DNA of 64,000 nt from Amoebophrya sp. A120 (GCA_905178155.1 CAJINV010000003.1:11520733-11584732); one strand, 5' to 3'. Counted from the stretch's first letter, positions 22,518 through 36,200 are shown. Notes: generated from the sequence alone by a model not told the origin. Program-made: numbers and translations.

Positions 22518-25500
22518 CTACCTACAAAACGAGAGTTCTGGAAGCATGTCCGGTGTGGGCCTCCTGGCCCGTGGTTCTTTTGCGAACTCTTCCGCGTACA
22601 TCCTCAGCTCGTGCTTCGTGTTGCGAATGTTCGTGGTTTTCGTTTTTTTGGGGTACAACTTCGTGGTGTCGAAAGGGAAGCACTCCACTAGCGACACATC
22701 CGCCCAGTCCGCCGGTCCTAACAAGAGGGAGCCCGCCCCGGGCGGCGATCCGGGCTTGTTCATCCTGGTCCCGCCGCCGGCCCGGCCGGTGGTCTTCGGC
22801 CGCTGGTGGTAGTGGGAAAAGGTGGTCGTGCACTTTATCTTGCTACTGTCGTTTTCTGTGCGGACTTTGGAAACCAAATCGTCCAGCAGATCCCCTCCTC
22901 CGCGATTGATGTTTCTTGTGCGATTATAGCCACTCCCGCGGTTGCTCTGCCTGGTTTGTAATTTGTGTCGCTCCTCAGAAGTGGACGCAACATCTTCAGG
23001 AGATAAACACCGCTCGCTGTGACTAAGACTATTGTTGTTCTTCTTATGGACAACTCTGTTGTTTACATCCGCTTCGTTTGATTTCGTCACGGTGTAGTTT
23101 GATTTGTACCAATTTTGACTCGTCGAGGACGAAGGGGACGATGGTCCTGTGGTCTTATTATTTTTGCTCCCGTCGTTCCTCTTGCTTCCCGAAGCAGATC
23201 CAATTCCATTTCCAACGTCGTCTGAGGTTCTGCTCATCCACTGGGTTCCTCTATTACAACTCGAGGACGAGGAGGACGACCCCGCGCCAGTCGTGCCGCG
23301 TCCAATTTCCTCCTGCAGAATGTGACCGTCTTTATTTTTTCTCCGCAGCAGCGAGGCCGTCTGCAGCATGCTGCTGGCCTCCTTGTCCGGGGAGGCTAAA
23401 TTCGGAGCGGACTCGGGCCGCCGCGCTTTCTTCTGCTTTACTATTGAGGGGTCCTTTGGACGCGTAGAGGACGAACTACTTGCAGCACCTGCTAATGCTG
23501 AGTTTTGTTTTGTGCTCTGCAGCTGCCCATCTGCTCGTTCGTCTGTTGTCAACGCAGCTCCTTTTGGTACTTGTATTTCCACGTGCTTTTCAGGCTTTTT
23601 TTTGTTGCCGTCCAATTTCGGCGAGGAAATTGAAGTCGGCGCGACCAAGTCGTCGTCTACCGGCGTGTCCAACAACGGCTGCGCTTGTCGATACTGCTTC
23701 GTGGGGGGTATGACAGTGCACAACTCCCCTTCACCCTCATTTGTAGTAGGGCATGAACAGCAATACAAGCATCGGCAAGAATTATGCACGTTTTGCGTCA
23801 CAAATTATCCACAGAAGATTGTAGTGCTGTTTATTTGGGTTGTCCCGAAACTTGTCATGCGCACAGTGCCAAAGCCAAGTGACAGAAAGTGGATGTGGCA
23901 TTTAATATTTGCATGAGAAAGGCGGGGGACCACAAGTTGTGCACTCTCATAAGGGAAGATGACGCAGAGGCAGAAGCTGCGCTACCACTCCCAGCAGGAG
24001 CAAGATGTAGTGGATCAGTATCGTCCACGACACTCGGACTCGTTTCCCGCCTCTCCCGCTTACTACTGGTAGTTCCGCCCTTCGTCATGTTGAGCGGTGG
24101 TCTACTGCTACCATGCGATGTGGTTCCGCCTGTGACAATTACGTCGAAAGCGGACTTGACATCGTCGGGACTCGAGCCTGGTTATGCATTGCAAATATGT
24201 CTGAGTCTGGAAAGTTGTGATGCTGATGTCCGAATGATACGCAACCTGCACTAGGGGGCCGCGCATGACAAGTTTCTGAGCGGATATCATCATCATCATC
24301 AACAGGATACGTGTAGCGTGAACCGCATGACAAATGGCCTTTTTGCATGACAAACAAGCGGCACTGTAGCGCACCAAACATGACAGGCTTTTCTGTCTTG
24401 TCGGCCAAGCATGACAAACTTGCATTCTTCCAGACCCAGACATATTTGCAGTAGATACCGGTTCCACATCGACAATCTCCCGGCCGTGGATCTCCCCCCA
24501 TGTCCCGAGCCAGTTGCTGTCGATCGCCTCATCATTCAAGTCAAACTTTTCCATGCCCCGCTTGTAGTTTTCCGGATTCCGGTAGAATTGCCTCTGTTTC
24601 ATCTTTTTCTTGTCCTGCTCTACTACTCCGTTCCGACTTCGGCTGTCCATCAGGTATTTCGTTTTCATCACGCCTCCTTTGGGTACGTACTCCGACGAAA
24701 ACCGCCACCAGTCTTTGGTGTAGTCGTAGGGAACGTTGGCAAACACCCGGTTCATCGATTCGTGCTCGAATTTGTATTTCTGCGGGGTTTATGCATTGCA
24801 AATAAAGGAAAACATCGAGTGCAAATTCTTGCATGACAACGAATCTTTTTGTGCTGCTTTTCCCATAAAAGGAATGTTGAGACTTGTCATGTATAACTGC
24901 AAGAACTCGTATGCTTTTGCACAGGATAGGGGCTGCATCCCAATCGGAAACATCCACTGTGAGGACCCGGTCGACCACGCATTGATGTTTGTGCATTGCA
25001 AATATTTCCCAGGGTCCAGATTTGTGAAGATGCGAGATTTGGATAGTACTAGTACGACAAGGATCTGTATTGCATGAACACGATCTGTGAGTTTCTTTAT
25101 CCGCGTGCTGCAAGCCAATTTGTCATGCGGTTTTCTACGAATGAACGTGCAAGAAGCTTCGAAAAATAAACAACTTGTCATCATTATCATGCTCCAACAG
25201 CGTACAAAAGAAGTAGAAGGCCGCTCAGCCGTGCGAGGCTCATAAACAAAAGCTCATCGCATCTTTCCCCAGATGCACCCTGAGAGGACACGGACACCCA
25301 CCCCAAGAAAATATTTGCGATGCATAATTTTGTGCGCTATGTCCGGCGGGTGGTAGGACATGCTGTTGAGCACTTTGTTGTATCGGGCGTCGGGGTAGTC
25401 AAATCTCGACTTCTCGTAGGACGCGCCCTGGATCTTGTCGTGCCCCGCAGACACCAGCACCCGGTCGTTCCGGTACCCGGCGGAGTACATCCTGGACCGC

Positions 25501-28500
25501 AAAAACCGTCGTTCCGGGGTGGTTTGCGGTCGGGACAGGTCCTTGCTCACGATCTCCTTCCGAAGGGAGTACGAGCCCCAGGCGATCGGGCACTCTTGCG
25601 GCGGCGGCACGTCCAGGTAGAAGGACGAGTTTCCGGGGTGCGGCGGGGGATTCACTTTTCGGGAATACACCGCACCGGGCTGAAGACCGCGGGACGTGGG
25701 CAGGGTCTCGAGGGTGATGTCTTCAGGGGCTGTTGTGATTAGTAGATTTCGATCATTCATCCTTCGCATGCCGATGACTTCCAGTTCCAACTGAGAACAA
25801 AAAATACGATGTTGTCGCTCGAAAAAACATGTAAGTAAACCGATAGTACAGCTCATTCCACCCTGCAGTGGGCGATACGACTGCATGAGGCTCGTGTCGT
25901 TTTTGTGATCGCCCGTCATGACGGAAAGACACAAATCGGTTTCCTCCACAAAATTCCGGCAGTACTGCAATTGAATCATCCGCTCCTGCTGCTGCGGCGA
26001 ATGCAGCGCGTCCATTCGCCTTGGGCTTCCCAGCGCCGGCGCGCCGCGGAAATACTCCGGGTTGGTCATGAGCGCTTCATGTCGGTTCTCCCCGTCGTCG
26101 TCTGGCCACGCGTCAAGAAAAGCGAGGTCCTGATACCTTGTTTCGAATTTTGATTCAATTCGAAAAATCTAGCGGTTGCTTGTTGCCGACATTCCTTCAC
26201 TTTCACCTCCTGCGAGGCTGGTGCACAGAGCAACATTCTTGTCTACTAGAATTGCTAAGCAATCAAATGAAATGCCTATGCCGCGAAATCATTAAGAAGT
26301 TTCGAGTAAATCATCACTATCAATACCTGACCCCCCTTCGATTCGCGGTGATGCCTATTCCGCCCGGCGTGCTGGGCCGACTCCTATCAAATGTAAAAAT
26401 TATGTCTGGGTCTGGAAGAGTCATGCTGTTTTTGCATGACACAGAAGGTCTGGCATGGAAGCTCTAGCATTACAGGTTTCGAGAAGCTTCCGCAATGCCG
26501 AATCCGCATGACAAATCCCCCACTTTGGTGGCAGAAAGCGGGCAGCTTTTGCTACCCATGCATGAGAGATCTTTCTGTGTTCTGAAATGCGCATCACAAG
26601 TTTGTATTCTTCCTGACCCAGACATTTTTGCATTTGATAACTCCTGTTCGGGATCGATATCGCGTTGATCAGCTGCGTCAAGTCCGCACCGGAGAAGCCG
26701 TGCCACCGCTTGCACGCCGTGCGGAAGATGGTGAAGGAAATTTCGCCCTCCTGGTGCACGTCGAGTTGCGCAAACGTCTCGTGCACCGACCCAAAGTTGC
26801 GCTTGCACCACGAGCGGAACTTCATGAAGACCCCCGACGTGATGGGATCCACCTCCTCCATGCAAATGGCCCCGTCGCGGGACTCGTCTAGGTAAACCCA
26901 AGCGGAGGAGATAACCCGTTCGATGTCGTCCTCCGAGAATTTTTGCGCCCAGGACAGCACCGTGGTGGACTCGCGGTGAAACGTGTCCCAGTTCACGCGG
27001 TTGGATCCCTTCGCGTCGTAAAACCGCAACCAGTAGAGGACGAAGGAGCCGCCGCACCGGTTCTCCGGGTCTTCCAGAATCAAGTCCTTTATGTACGTCC
27101 AGGCACGCAACGACCCTCGTGCGGTGAGGTAGCGCGGGGGTTCCCACGCGTCCAGCCAATCGAAATCCCGTTTGGAAACACCGTGGGACGGGCCTTCCGC
27201 CAGGGAGAGCGACCGTACGAGGTATTTCAAAAACTTCGGGGAGAAACTGATAGATTTGTTTACGGTTTTTTGAGGCTGCGACTTGTTCTTGCAGCACAAC
27301 ATGATACCTTCAAATAATCATTCGGTCTAGGGAACTTCAAGTTCAACATTAATGAACTTCAAATGGAACAGAACATGACAACTTTCTGCAACAGCTTGCG
27401 ATTGCAGGGTGAGGGTATTGACTAAGAATCAAGCATCGGCATAAACGTCGAAAGCGAATCTTAATTCTAATTTTCACTTCGAAAAAATCCAACAACGCGT
27501 GCGCCACGCACAGAGTGCCTGTGCGTGCGGCTGATACAGTCGTCAAATTTCATTCACATTCAAGTTCTCATCCTAATCACAGTATATCTGTCATTACAAA
27601 AATCAAATACGCGTGTCGACTGGGAATCCGGGTAACGAAGAACGAGATCACGTGTCTTCCCGCGATTAAATCGTAGCCCGTGCCCTCGGTTTGCTTCTTC
27701 ACGGCTTCATCCCGCAGCTTCGCTTCTTCCGCGTCGAGCGCCGGGGAACTCGGCAGTTCTAACTCCGACATCTCCCGCGTAAACTCGTGTGAGTCGGGGG
27801 AGCCGAACCGCGCGTGCGAAACCCCCCCAACGTGCGCGACTGATCGGGACGGTGGGGTGTTTTCGAGGGGCGATTTGATGTTAACATTAGTGCTCCCATC
27901 GTGCTCTACTTTTTTACCGGTAGGAGAAGATGATCGTGCACCGCCGTCCTCCCCGCCTGAAGAGTCGGGTCCGGATCCCCCTTCGTCCGCGGAGAGCGGA
28001 TTTCTACTCGTTGGAGCAGGCCGCGCCGCCCCTCCGGGTTCCTCCGAACTGCTGCTGCCCGCGGCGCCGGCGATCGCCATGCTCGTTGTCCCTGTTCGCG
28101 TGAAGGCGGAGTCCTGTCGCGACAACTCCATGATGCTCAACCGCCGAGATTGCTGTCTCACGAATTCCACGGTCGTTTCCGGCGGCCCCTTCTTCAACGG
28201 CACGTCGTCCAGAATCTGCGTGGCGCCGCGGGTCATCGCGTAGCGGAGCAGTTTGCCGGCAGTGGGGCTGGCCCTGTAGTAGGGTTGGCCTTTCCCTTGT
28301 TTATTTTCTCGAGTTTGAGAACTATAAAAAATCTGGTAGAAGTTGTGTTTGTGTTTGTGTTTGTTTTTCTCAGCTCAGAGAGTTCTTGCGAGCGTGAACG
28401 TGATCAGCCGGAGTAAGAATAATTTGATCAATTTTCATATTCATTTTGCATTTGTTTTTGGAAGTAGAAGAACAAGTAACATTTTTAAAGTATCTGTAAG

Positions 28501-31500
28501 TTATTGTACCGAAATATTTTGCTTCCGTTGGGCGAGTCGATGCCTGTCGAGCTACTGGGCGAATTCAAGGTTGGGGATCCCCCACCGTTCGATCCTCCCG
28601 GCCCCCCGTTGGCCTTCTTCTTGTCGCTCAACACCATACTGTACGCCCGGTCCATTTTTCTCACTTCCGGCGACTGGCCCAAATTCTGCTCCTCGAACAC
28701 CGCCCGGCGCATGATTTTAAAGAACGTCGCGCAGCTCCCGTAGACCTGCCAGCACCAAAGTCTGAACTCCGCTAGAACAATCGCAGCTTTCAGATCGTAC
28801 TCCTGCATGTCCAGGATGCCCGACTCGTCCGAATCTAGCGCCTCCCAAAGGGTGTTCACGGCCGATTTGAAGTCAATCGACCGAAGGAATTTTCCAAGGG
28901 ACTGCTTTGTCACTTCGTATTTCCCGTCCTTTGCCAAGAATAAACGCCACCCTTTGATCAGCGGCCACCTGGAGGTGATAGCGATTTTTGGTTTCATCTT
29001 CCATGAAAATTAAGTACACGGCATACAAAGGTCAGCGTCACACGTGACGATAGAGTCAGAATAGACCTAGACACCAATGAGCATGAGCAAGATCTCCATC
29101 TTCTAAAGGATAATCTGTTCGTATCACTGTATGTGAAACCTAGTAGTACAACTACCTCTGCCGACAGAGCCTCTGCAAGTGCCAGTAAAACGCCCTTTCT
29201 GCCTTTCTCGTTCTCGCCCGCTGCTCCACGAGCCGCAGCACCCTTCCCCTCCGCTCCGCGTCCGCCTGGTTCTGCCCCCCCGACGGAGGCCCCCCGGCTT
29301 TTTTCTTGCTGTGCTCCTCGTGGTGATCCTTTGCTGCGGATCCACCACCTCCTGCGGTGTTCCCTACCCCGCCCTGGAACGGGATCGCCCGGTCGTAGTA
29401 CTGCAATTCCAGCGGCTGCATTTCCTCAATGGTGACAAAGCCCTTGCGGTTGCTGTCCAGAATCTGGTAGATCCAGCACAACTGGTTGAACTTCTCGGAG
29501 GGAGGTTTGACTACGCAATCCTCCTTCCCGTACCCGAGCGCCAGGACCAATGCCGGGAATTCCGTTTCCGTAATGTAGTCCATGTTCGACAAGTGCGAAA
29601 TCATCGGCATCGGGACGAATTGGGACATAATGTCTTCGTCGAAAGAGTGCTGGTGCTGCTCAGGAGAGCCAGAGGAAGAGGACTCATTTCTCCCCCTGGT
29701 AGTCAATTGTTCCCCACCGCGACCGGGTCCGGGATCTACCTCATCTCCGCCGTATGAGAGTACACAACTGCTGCTCCCCCGTCCCCTCATTTGCATGGGA
29801 AAGAGGGTTTAGGATTTTGCATGAAAAAAAATGAGGAAGCGGGGGAGACAGACACAGATTTGCACTCTCATATTACGCCGCTTCGCATGTCTAAAAACTC
29901 AAACGCCCGGATCTCCTCGACAGAAAAAAACGAGTACGGTCCAACCACGTCGCCGAAAATCCCGTAGTTGTCTTTCCGTTCTGTTACTAAATCCGACAGC
30001 TTCGGCTCGGGTAAAGACAACGACTCATCTTCTTGAAAAGAACTCTCTGCAGCAGACGCTCCGGCAGAGGAAGAGGCTGAAGCAGATTTATTACCTATGG
30101 AGGGGTGGACTAGTAGCGTTGGTTCCACCTTCACAGTTGTTGATATGATGTTTCCGTGCGCATCCGTTGTGTATCTTTGTTTTATCGCAGCTGCGAGTTC
30201 GTTAGTTGTGTCCTCGTAGTCAGCGCCGGTCTCCCTCGGATCGTGCAAGCGTGACTTGGACTTGCTTTCTGTGGTTAACTATGCATATACAAAAGTAGGG
30301 CACTTCAACTTCTAGTACCAAGCGCATGACAAATCTTTTCGAATGGAATCATTTGTCGTGCAGAGGATCACTCAGAAAAGAAAGCCTATCTGTCATGCAA
30401 TTATACTGCAGCAGGTTAGTCTTAGTACTCGTACTTCTAAATCAGTGCGCTACTTTCGTGCTGCATACTGTATCCGCGTGGTTTATTTCCTCCGTTGCGT
30501 CCACATCCACGGAGGATGTAATCGTGTCTCTGCTGTTACGTTTCGAAGAGTTTCGTTTGTGGTTGTGTCCGTGACCCCCACCGCCGTGCATGGTCGCCAA
30601 TTGTAGCTGCTGCATTTGGTGGTCGCTGGTGGTCATCGCCCGAGTCATCCTTCTTCTGGTTGCAGGACTCAGCTGCTCGGTGGAAGTGCGGAACTTCATG
30701 TCCCACGTTACTTCCGCCCTGGGGCTTCTCGGTGCGGGCTTTAATATCTGGAGATTACTGGTGTGCTGTGCCGGAAGATTTTTGGCATTCAATATTGAAG
30801 ATCCTGTTTGCTGAATCGAAGATGCGGAGGAATTTCTAAGTTGTATTCCAGAAACAGATGCAGTACTCGCGCCGGTGTTTCGAACTGCAACTTGTGGTCC
30901 CGATATTGAACCTTGCTGCTGCATCGACGTGGCGGCCGTGCCGGCTTCTACTGCTAACTGCCCTTTATTTTCCTTTCCAACAGCCTGATCCGCTAAAGAA
31001 CTACTTGTCGGCGGAGCAGGTGGTCGTGGTGGTCCTCCTCCTGGTGCATCAACAACATCGATTTGGTACTTCCCGAATCGCAACAGATACACCGGGAGAT
31101 TTGTCGCCACACCCAGTTCCTGTATCTGCGGCATCATCTGGTCCCGGAACCGTTTTTTCTGCGCGATGAGTTGGTGGAAGAACTGGAAGAACGTGGTGAA
31201 CTCCCTGTTCAGCCACTCCCGAAAAGTGTGAAACAAATTGTACGACTCCGCATCGACGTATTTGAAATACAGGATGGTATTGCTGGGTTTTGCATCGGCG
31301 TGAAACATATCCGTGTTGGACAATGTGGGGTCTAACTCCGCTGCTCCGTGGTGTCCACCTTTACTACTAGTTAGCAGCTTTTTGTACTGACTGTTCAGAT
31401 CCTCCGCCGTCCTGGCCAATTTAGAATGACTCGATGCAGTTCTCGTCGCCACGGCTACGCCTATGTGCTGCTGCTGCTCGTCTCCACCAGTCTGTTCACT

Positions 31501-32431
31501 CGCTGTCGCGCCGCCTGTTGAAGAAGTCCGCTTGCTGCTGTGTATGTTTTCGCCGCCGGTAGTTGTACCATGAAGATAATTCTCCTCGTTCTGTCCGCCA
31601 ACTCCGACCGGCGGGTAAACATCCTCTCCGACAAGTTTCACCTCATCGGAGAAAGATATTCTGGTGGTTGACCTTGGATCACCACCTACCGCCACTGCTG
31701 TTCCGCGAGTCTTGCTCGCGCTGGAACTCCTAGACCCGCTGGCGCTGCTCGACCCGGTGCGGACCGTGGGCGCGGACGGGGTGCTCGTCCCATTGGTGAT
31801 GCTCTCCACCACCGCGCTCGCCGCATCCACGTCGTCCAGCGCACCTCGCCGTTGCCCGAGGATGGAGTTCGCGCGCGCCTCTTCTGCCTTCCGGTGGTCG
31901 TGGAAAGCGTCTAAATCGCGCATGTAGTTGATCTTTCCCTCGACGAAAAGCTCCACGCAATCCCGGTCGTATTTGATCTTTCGGGACTGGTTGCAAAAGT
32001 CGCGGAAACTAACCTGATAGTAAAGTACTTTAGTTTTCGGATCAGCAGGAAGTGCAGCTGGGCAGTCGCAGTTCCTTCTCATTTCGATTTCGGTCCTGAA
32101 AATATTAATCCGCTGTGCTTTTTACATTTGGCTGACGAGCGATGATCTACTTTTACTCATCGATCATGTTTTTGAACTTGACAGCAGTCAGCACATCTTC
32201 AGTGTTGCAATATACTTTCAAGTGCAGTGTTGGGTCGAAGATATTCCGCCAGAGCCGCAGGGTATTGCTGTCGTACTTCCTAAGCGTTTCTTGCAGATCC
32301 CGCAGTAGGTGCGTTGGTGGCGCTTCCGCCAGCACGTTGGCCACCCTAACGGCAATCGCCGCCGCAGCCGCGCGGTTGCGCGACCCGCGTCGGCTGTTGT
32401 GGCGGTCGGATTTTGGCTCCGAGGTGGCCAT
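22518..32431 (-). CDS. Giant multi-EF-hand protein of unknown function (~13 exons, ~2,400 aa)
   Basis: EF-hand-like loops LDSNRKGFVTIEE, LDSDESGILDMQE, LDESRDGAICMEE and LDVHQEGEISF. ORFs join in frame via GT-AG introns (e.g. HLK|VSF, RQR|WPL, IFR|ASP, RHA|FSP, GVR|YQD) and 6 introners. The junction near 29.8 kb is unresolved. Confidence 0.65.
23709..23951. mobile_element. Introner (243 bp)
   Basis: TIR TATGACAGTGCACAACT / AGTTGTGCACTCTCATA (16/17). Flanks GGGGG/AGGGA. Frame restored (SSL|TKQY). Confidence 0.82.
24183..24457. mobile_element. Introner, family A (275 bp)
   Basis: TIR TATGCATTGCAAATATGTCTGAGTCTGGAA / TTCCAGACCCAGACATATTTGCAGTAGATA. Flanks CTGGT/CCGGT. Frame DVEP|GSSPDD. Confidence 0.9.
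24790..24928. mobile_element. Introner, family D (139 bp)
   Basis: TATGCATTGCAAA...TTTTGCACAGGATA. Flanks GGGTT/GGGGC. Frame MQP|PQKY. Confidence 0.78.
24990..25326. mobile_element. Introner (337 bp)
   Basis: TIR TGTGCATTGCAAATATTT / AAATATTTGCGATGCATA. Flanks ATGTT/ATTTT. Frame AHK|INAW. Confidence 0.82.
26385..26639. mobile_element. Introner, family A (255 bp)
   Basis: TATCAAATGTAAAAAT..ATGTCTGGGTCTGGAAG / GACCCAGACATTTTTGCATTTGATA. Perfect TSD ACTCC. Confidence 0.93.
30280..30467. mobile_element. Degenerate introner, probably spliced as GT-AG (188 bp)
   Basis: TIR TATGCATATACAAAAGTAGGGCAC / GTGCGCTACTTTCGTGCTGCATA. TSD lost. Minus-strand ACA|GTATG...GCATAG|TTA is in frame. Confidence 0.7.
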
Positions 32432-33227
32432 CTTGTTGCCTCGGGACGATTGTTGTGTCCGATGTAGTTTCAAAAAAGTTCTTTACAAAAACACGGCATC
32501 CTCTCCCAGCAACCACGGAAGATGCCTCTTCTCGCAAAAAACGAATGTTTTCGTGTTCTTAAGTAAAAAGAATATTTCAGTATGCTATGTTGCCCTCTCA
32601 CTTCTTGCACTTCTCTCTTAGAACGGCAGAGTATAACATCCTTCGCTCGTACAGGTACTAATGCGCACCCGACGGGGCTTTTGAGCTTATGCTCAGAATT
32701 GCGCTCCGCTGCTGGATTGGGAAAGAAAAGGATCACGACGCTGATCATTGAACAACGCGACAGACGACCACGGCCTTCCTTTTTCTGTCTTACAGTTTTT
32801 AGTACTAACCGATTCCAATTTGTCTGGATTCTTTTCCATCTTTTCGCTTGTGTAGTAGTTGAGACAGACTTTTTTCTTCTCGCCAGACTTTATCAGCACG
32901 TTGCTCGTGTGTATCCTCGTCGGGTTGCAGCATTTTACCAGACGTCCAACCTAGCAGCTGCCACAGTGTGTGGCAACTTCAGCATGTTAGACTTCTTAAA
33001 CTCAATTATCATGTAACCAAATAGACTCCGACGGTGGTTCCTTTTCAACCCCGAGCATGGCTTCTTAGTCCTCCCGAAATTATCTAGAAACAGGAACAAA
33101 ACGAGTTGAAAGTATTCATGTACGAAAGTGAAACACAGTATCTTCATGATTCCCCGTGCGGGACTACAAAGACCTACATCAATGGAGGACTCGCGAGGAA
33201 ATAAGTACTTCTATCTACCAGAGTAAA

Positions 33228-36200
33228 TTAGAGCAAAATATCCGTCCAGAACAATTTTTTCTCAACCGCGTAATAGCTCCCAATTTGCTGCTCCTCTTGC
33301 TCCAGCCACAACAGACCCTGCTGTATGTCGAAAATGTCGAAATGTACCACAATCCGTATTGCCAAGTACAAGCCCGTGATCGCGGTAATCGGACTTGTCG
33401 TGGGGGAAAAAAATCGTAAAACTCGCATCACCAGCTTCTCCAACACAGACTCCTTGTTTTGCATCCTCCGGATCCCCATGGCGAAAAGGCAGAAGCCGAG
33501 AACCTGCTCCGCTTTATTCAAAAACACATAGGCCCGAAGCGGCATCGGCGTGGCCTCGGGGATGAGCTCGTGGAAGGTCCGTGGGACTTGGAACGGATAC
33601 GCGACTGCGGGGCGGAACAGCGCTGGCAGAAGAGCCGCGGCGACCCAGGAGAGAGCTGTTGTGAAGTTTGTTTTTGGGAAAGATTTTTCTAGAAGATGAT
33701 GCACTTCTAATCGGTAGTAAAGTAACAGCAAGAAGTATCATAGATACATTGTGCCATTTTTTTTTTGCAATCATGTTTTTAGTTTTATATATTCATTTCT
33801 TGAAAGAAATAAAAATGAAGAAAGTATACCCGACAAATTTATCAGCCACAGTGCGGCGTTCAGGTAGCTCCGTGCCCTCGGCGACGCCCGGCTGGACCGG
33901 AGAAAGTAGGCGGATAGGAAAAACGTCACCAGGGACTTCCCCACCGTCCCCGCGGTAACCGCCACATACGCGAAAATCGTCAACGTGAAGGACTCCGGGT
34001 AAGCCGACAGGTTCGGGAACCGCTCCGCCCAGCTGGGGCAGGCGAGTTCGTGCCCGACCTGGAAGCCGACGAGAAGTTTCACCGCCACAGACCCGAGTAA
34101 AGTATGAACTGCAAAAGTATCGTGCTAGTAGTAATTGCAATACAAATTAGCTCAGCATGACAAATCCATTTGTCATGCTGTTTTGCCTTGGGATGGAGAT
34201 TTGTAATGCATGACTGCAATTACTGCGAGTACGATACTTTTGCACAGGATATAAAGAGACTAGTGGCAACAGATACGCGGCGAAGAATAACGTGTAGTTC
34301 CTCAGTTGCGTCTGCGGATCCAGTATGGAATGCAAAAATGTCTGGGTCTGGAAAGTTGGAACTTGTGATGCTAACTTTGGAATCTACATAAAATCTGTAT
34401 TGCATGAACAGCAAAAGAGGCGCAATTTGTGCTACACGGAGAGGGCATTTCTCATGCGGTATGAGCATCAGAAAGCCCTCGCAAAATCTCTGATGCTAGG
34501 GCATGCATCACAGACCTCATGGGTCATGCAAAATCTGCATGACAAACTCCTGCATTCTTCCAGACCCAGACATTTTTGCAATCCATATCCAGTAGCTCCC
34601 AGAGCTTCCCGACCAAGTAGAACCCAATCCCGGCGTAGATGTCCTGCCACGCGCTGGCCGCGCCGAGCTGGAAGAATTCCAAACGGGAAAGCTTGGACTG
34701 CTCCCTGTACGGCTTCTGCTTCAGCCGGTACCACTCCAATTCCAGGTAGACGGTGTAGAAAAAGATCCACCAGGGGGTAAGGGTGTCGCCAAACCGCTGC
34801 ATCCAGCGAGCGGCTTTGCGCACGTCCTTGTAGTCGTACCCGGCGAATTGGGTGGAGGTGGTAATCAGTTCTTTCGAGGAACGCCGCCTCGGAGCAAACA
34901 CGTTTCCCCACAAAGAAGCTGTCAGGGCGGTGACCTGTATGGAAGTCGGGGTATTCGTATTTCATATTACATTGAGTGTACTAGTCTAAAGAAGCCAAAG
35001 TCAAATGATCATTTCTGCTGGCCAATCAATATGCACACTCAAAGACCTGCGTGCTCTTCTACTCCTTAATCAACGCACACTGTGCGTCACACAGTAGAAA
35101 TCCAAATCCGAGTCCAAAAAGTAAACAACAAGAACTTATGCTAGTTGTACCTCCGCCAACTTATCGACGAGCGCGACCCCGGCCGTCGCCGTGGCGCTTG
35201 CTTGGAACTTCGCGACGAAGCCCTCCACATCCAAAATTTGCACGCCGGTGGCTTTCTTGATAAACTGCGTGTAGAGGAAACACAGGAATAACAGCCCGAA
35301 AACGCCGGCAATTCCGGTGGCCGCGACCGTGTTCGACGCCGTGTTCCACACCCAGGACAAAAGCACCGCGAAAATCCCAAGCTGTGCCAGAATCGCCAGC
35401 TTTTGCTCCTGGGAGAAGGCGAGAACCACGTGGACGGGGTAGTACACCACGTTCACCGCCTCCGCGCAGAGCAGGATCCAGGGTTTCAGAAACAACTGCT
35501 GCGCGATGACCGAATTCCGCTGTTCGAAAAAGGACAACCGCGGGTTGTAGCTGGTCGTGTAGGAAAACGTCGTCGTCGAATTCGACCCCGTGGTTGCCCG
35601 CACCGAGATCTTCGCACCTTTGGGGTCGTCGGTGTGGAAGGGGAGGTCGTGCAGAAATTTCTGCTGGTTCAATCCCCGGAAGTTGGTTGACAACCGAAAC
35701 GACCGCACCGCGTTCTCCAGCTCCTCGTAGTCAGCGACGGAATTCCCCAACAACCTCCGGCTGCTCAGCCGCATCGTCACGTTGGGGGTGAGGCCCGGTT
35801 TGGTGGTGGCCGCGGAGACAAAACTCTCCTGCGGCATCTTGGTCGACGACGCGAAGCCGCGCTGGTTCAGATACGCGCTGTACTCCGCCCCGCGGCTCCA
35901 CCGGCCGGAGGAGAGGTCCTTGTTGTACGTAAAAGTCCGGTTGATCTGCTTCAGTTCCTGCGGCTCCTCCCCGAGTTTCGCGCCCCCGAGCCGTTGGACG
36001 ATGTCCTCCTGCTCCTGCCGCTTCAGCTCGATCATGATCTTGTTGGCGAGTTGGGTCTCTTCTTCCGGCGTCAGCACCGTCCCGTCCTGCGGGTCGGAAA
36101 ACTGCTCCAACAAGTAGTCCCGCATCCGCTTGTAGTCCCCCGCCTGCAACCCCGCGAGCGTTAGCGTCTCGCGCTGCTCGTTCGCAATCGGGGCGAACAC

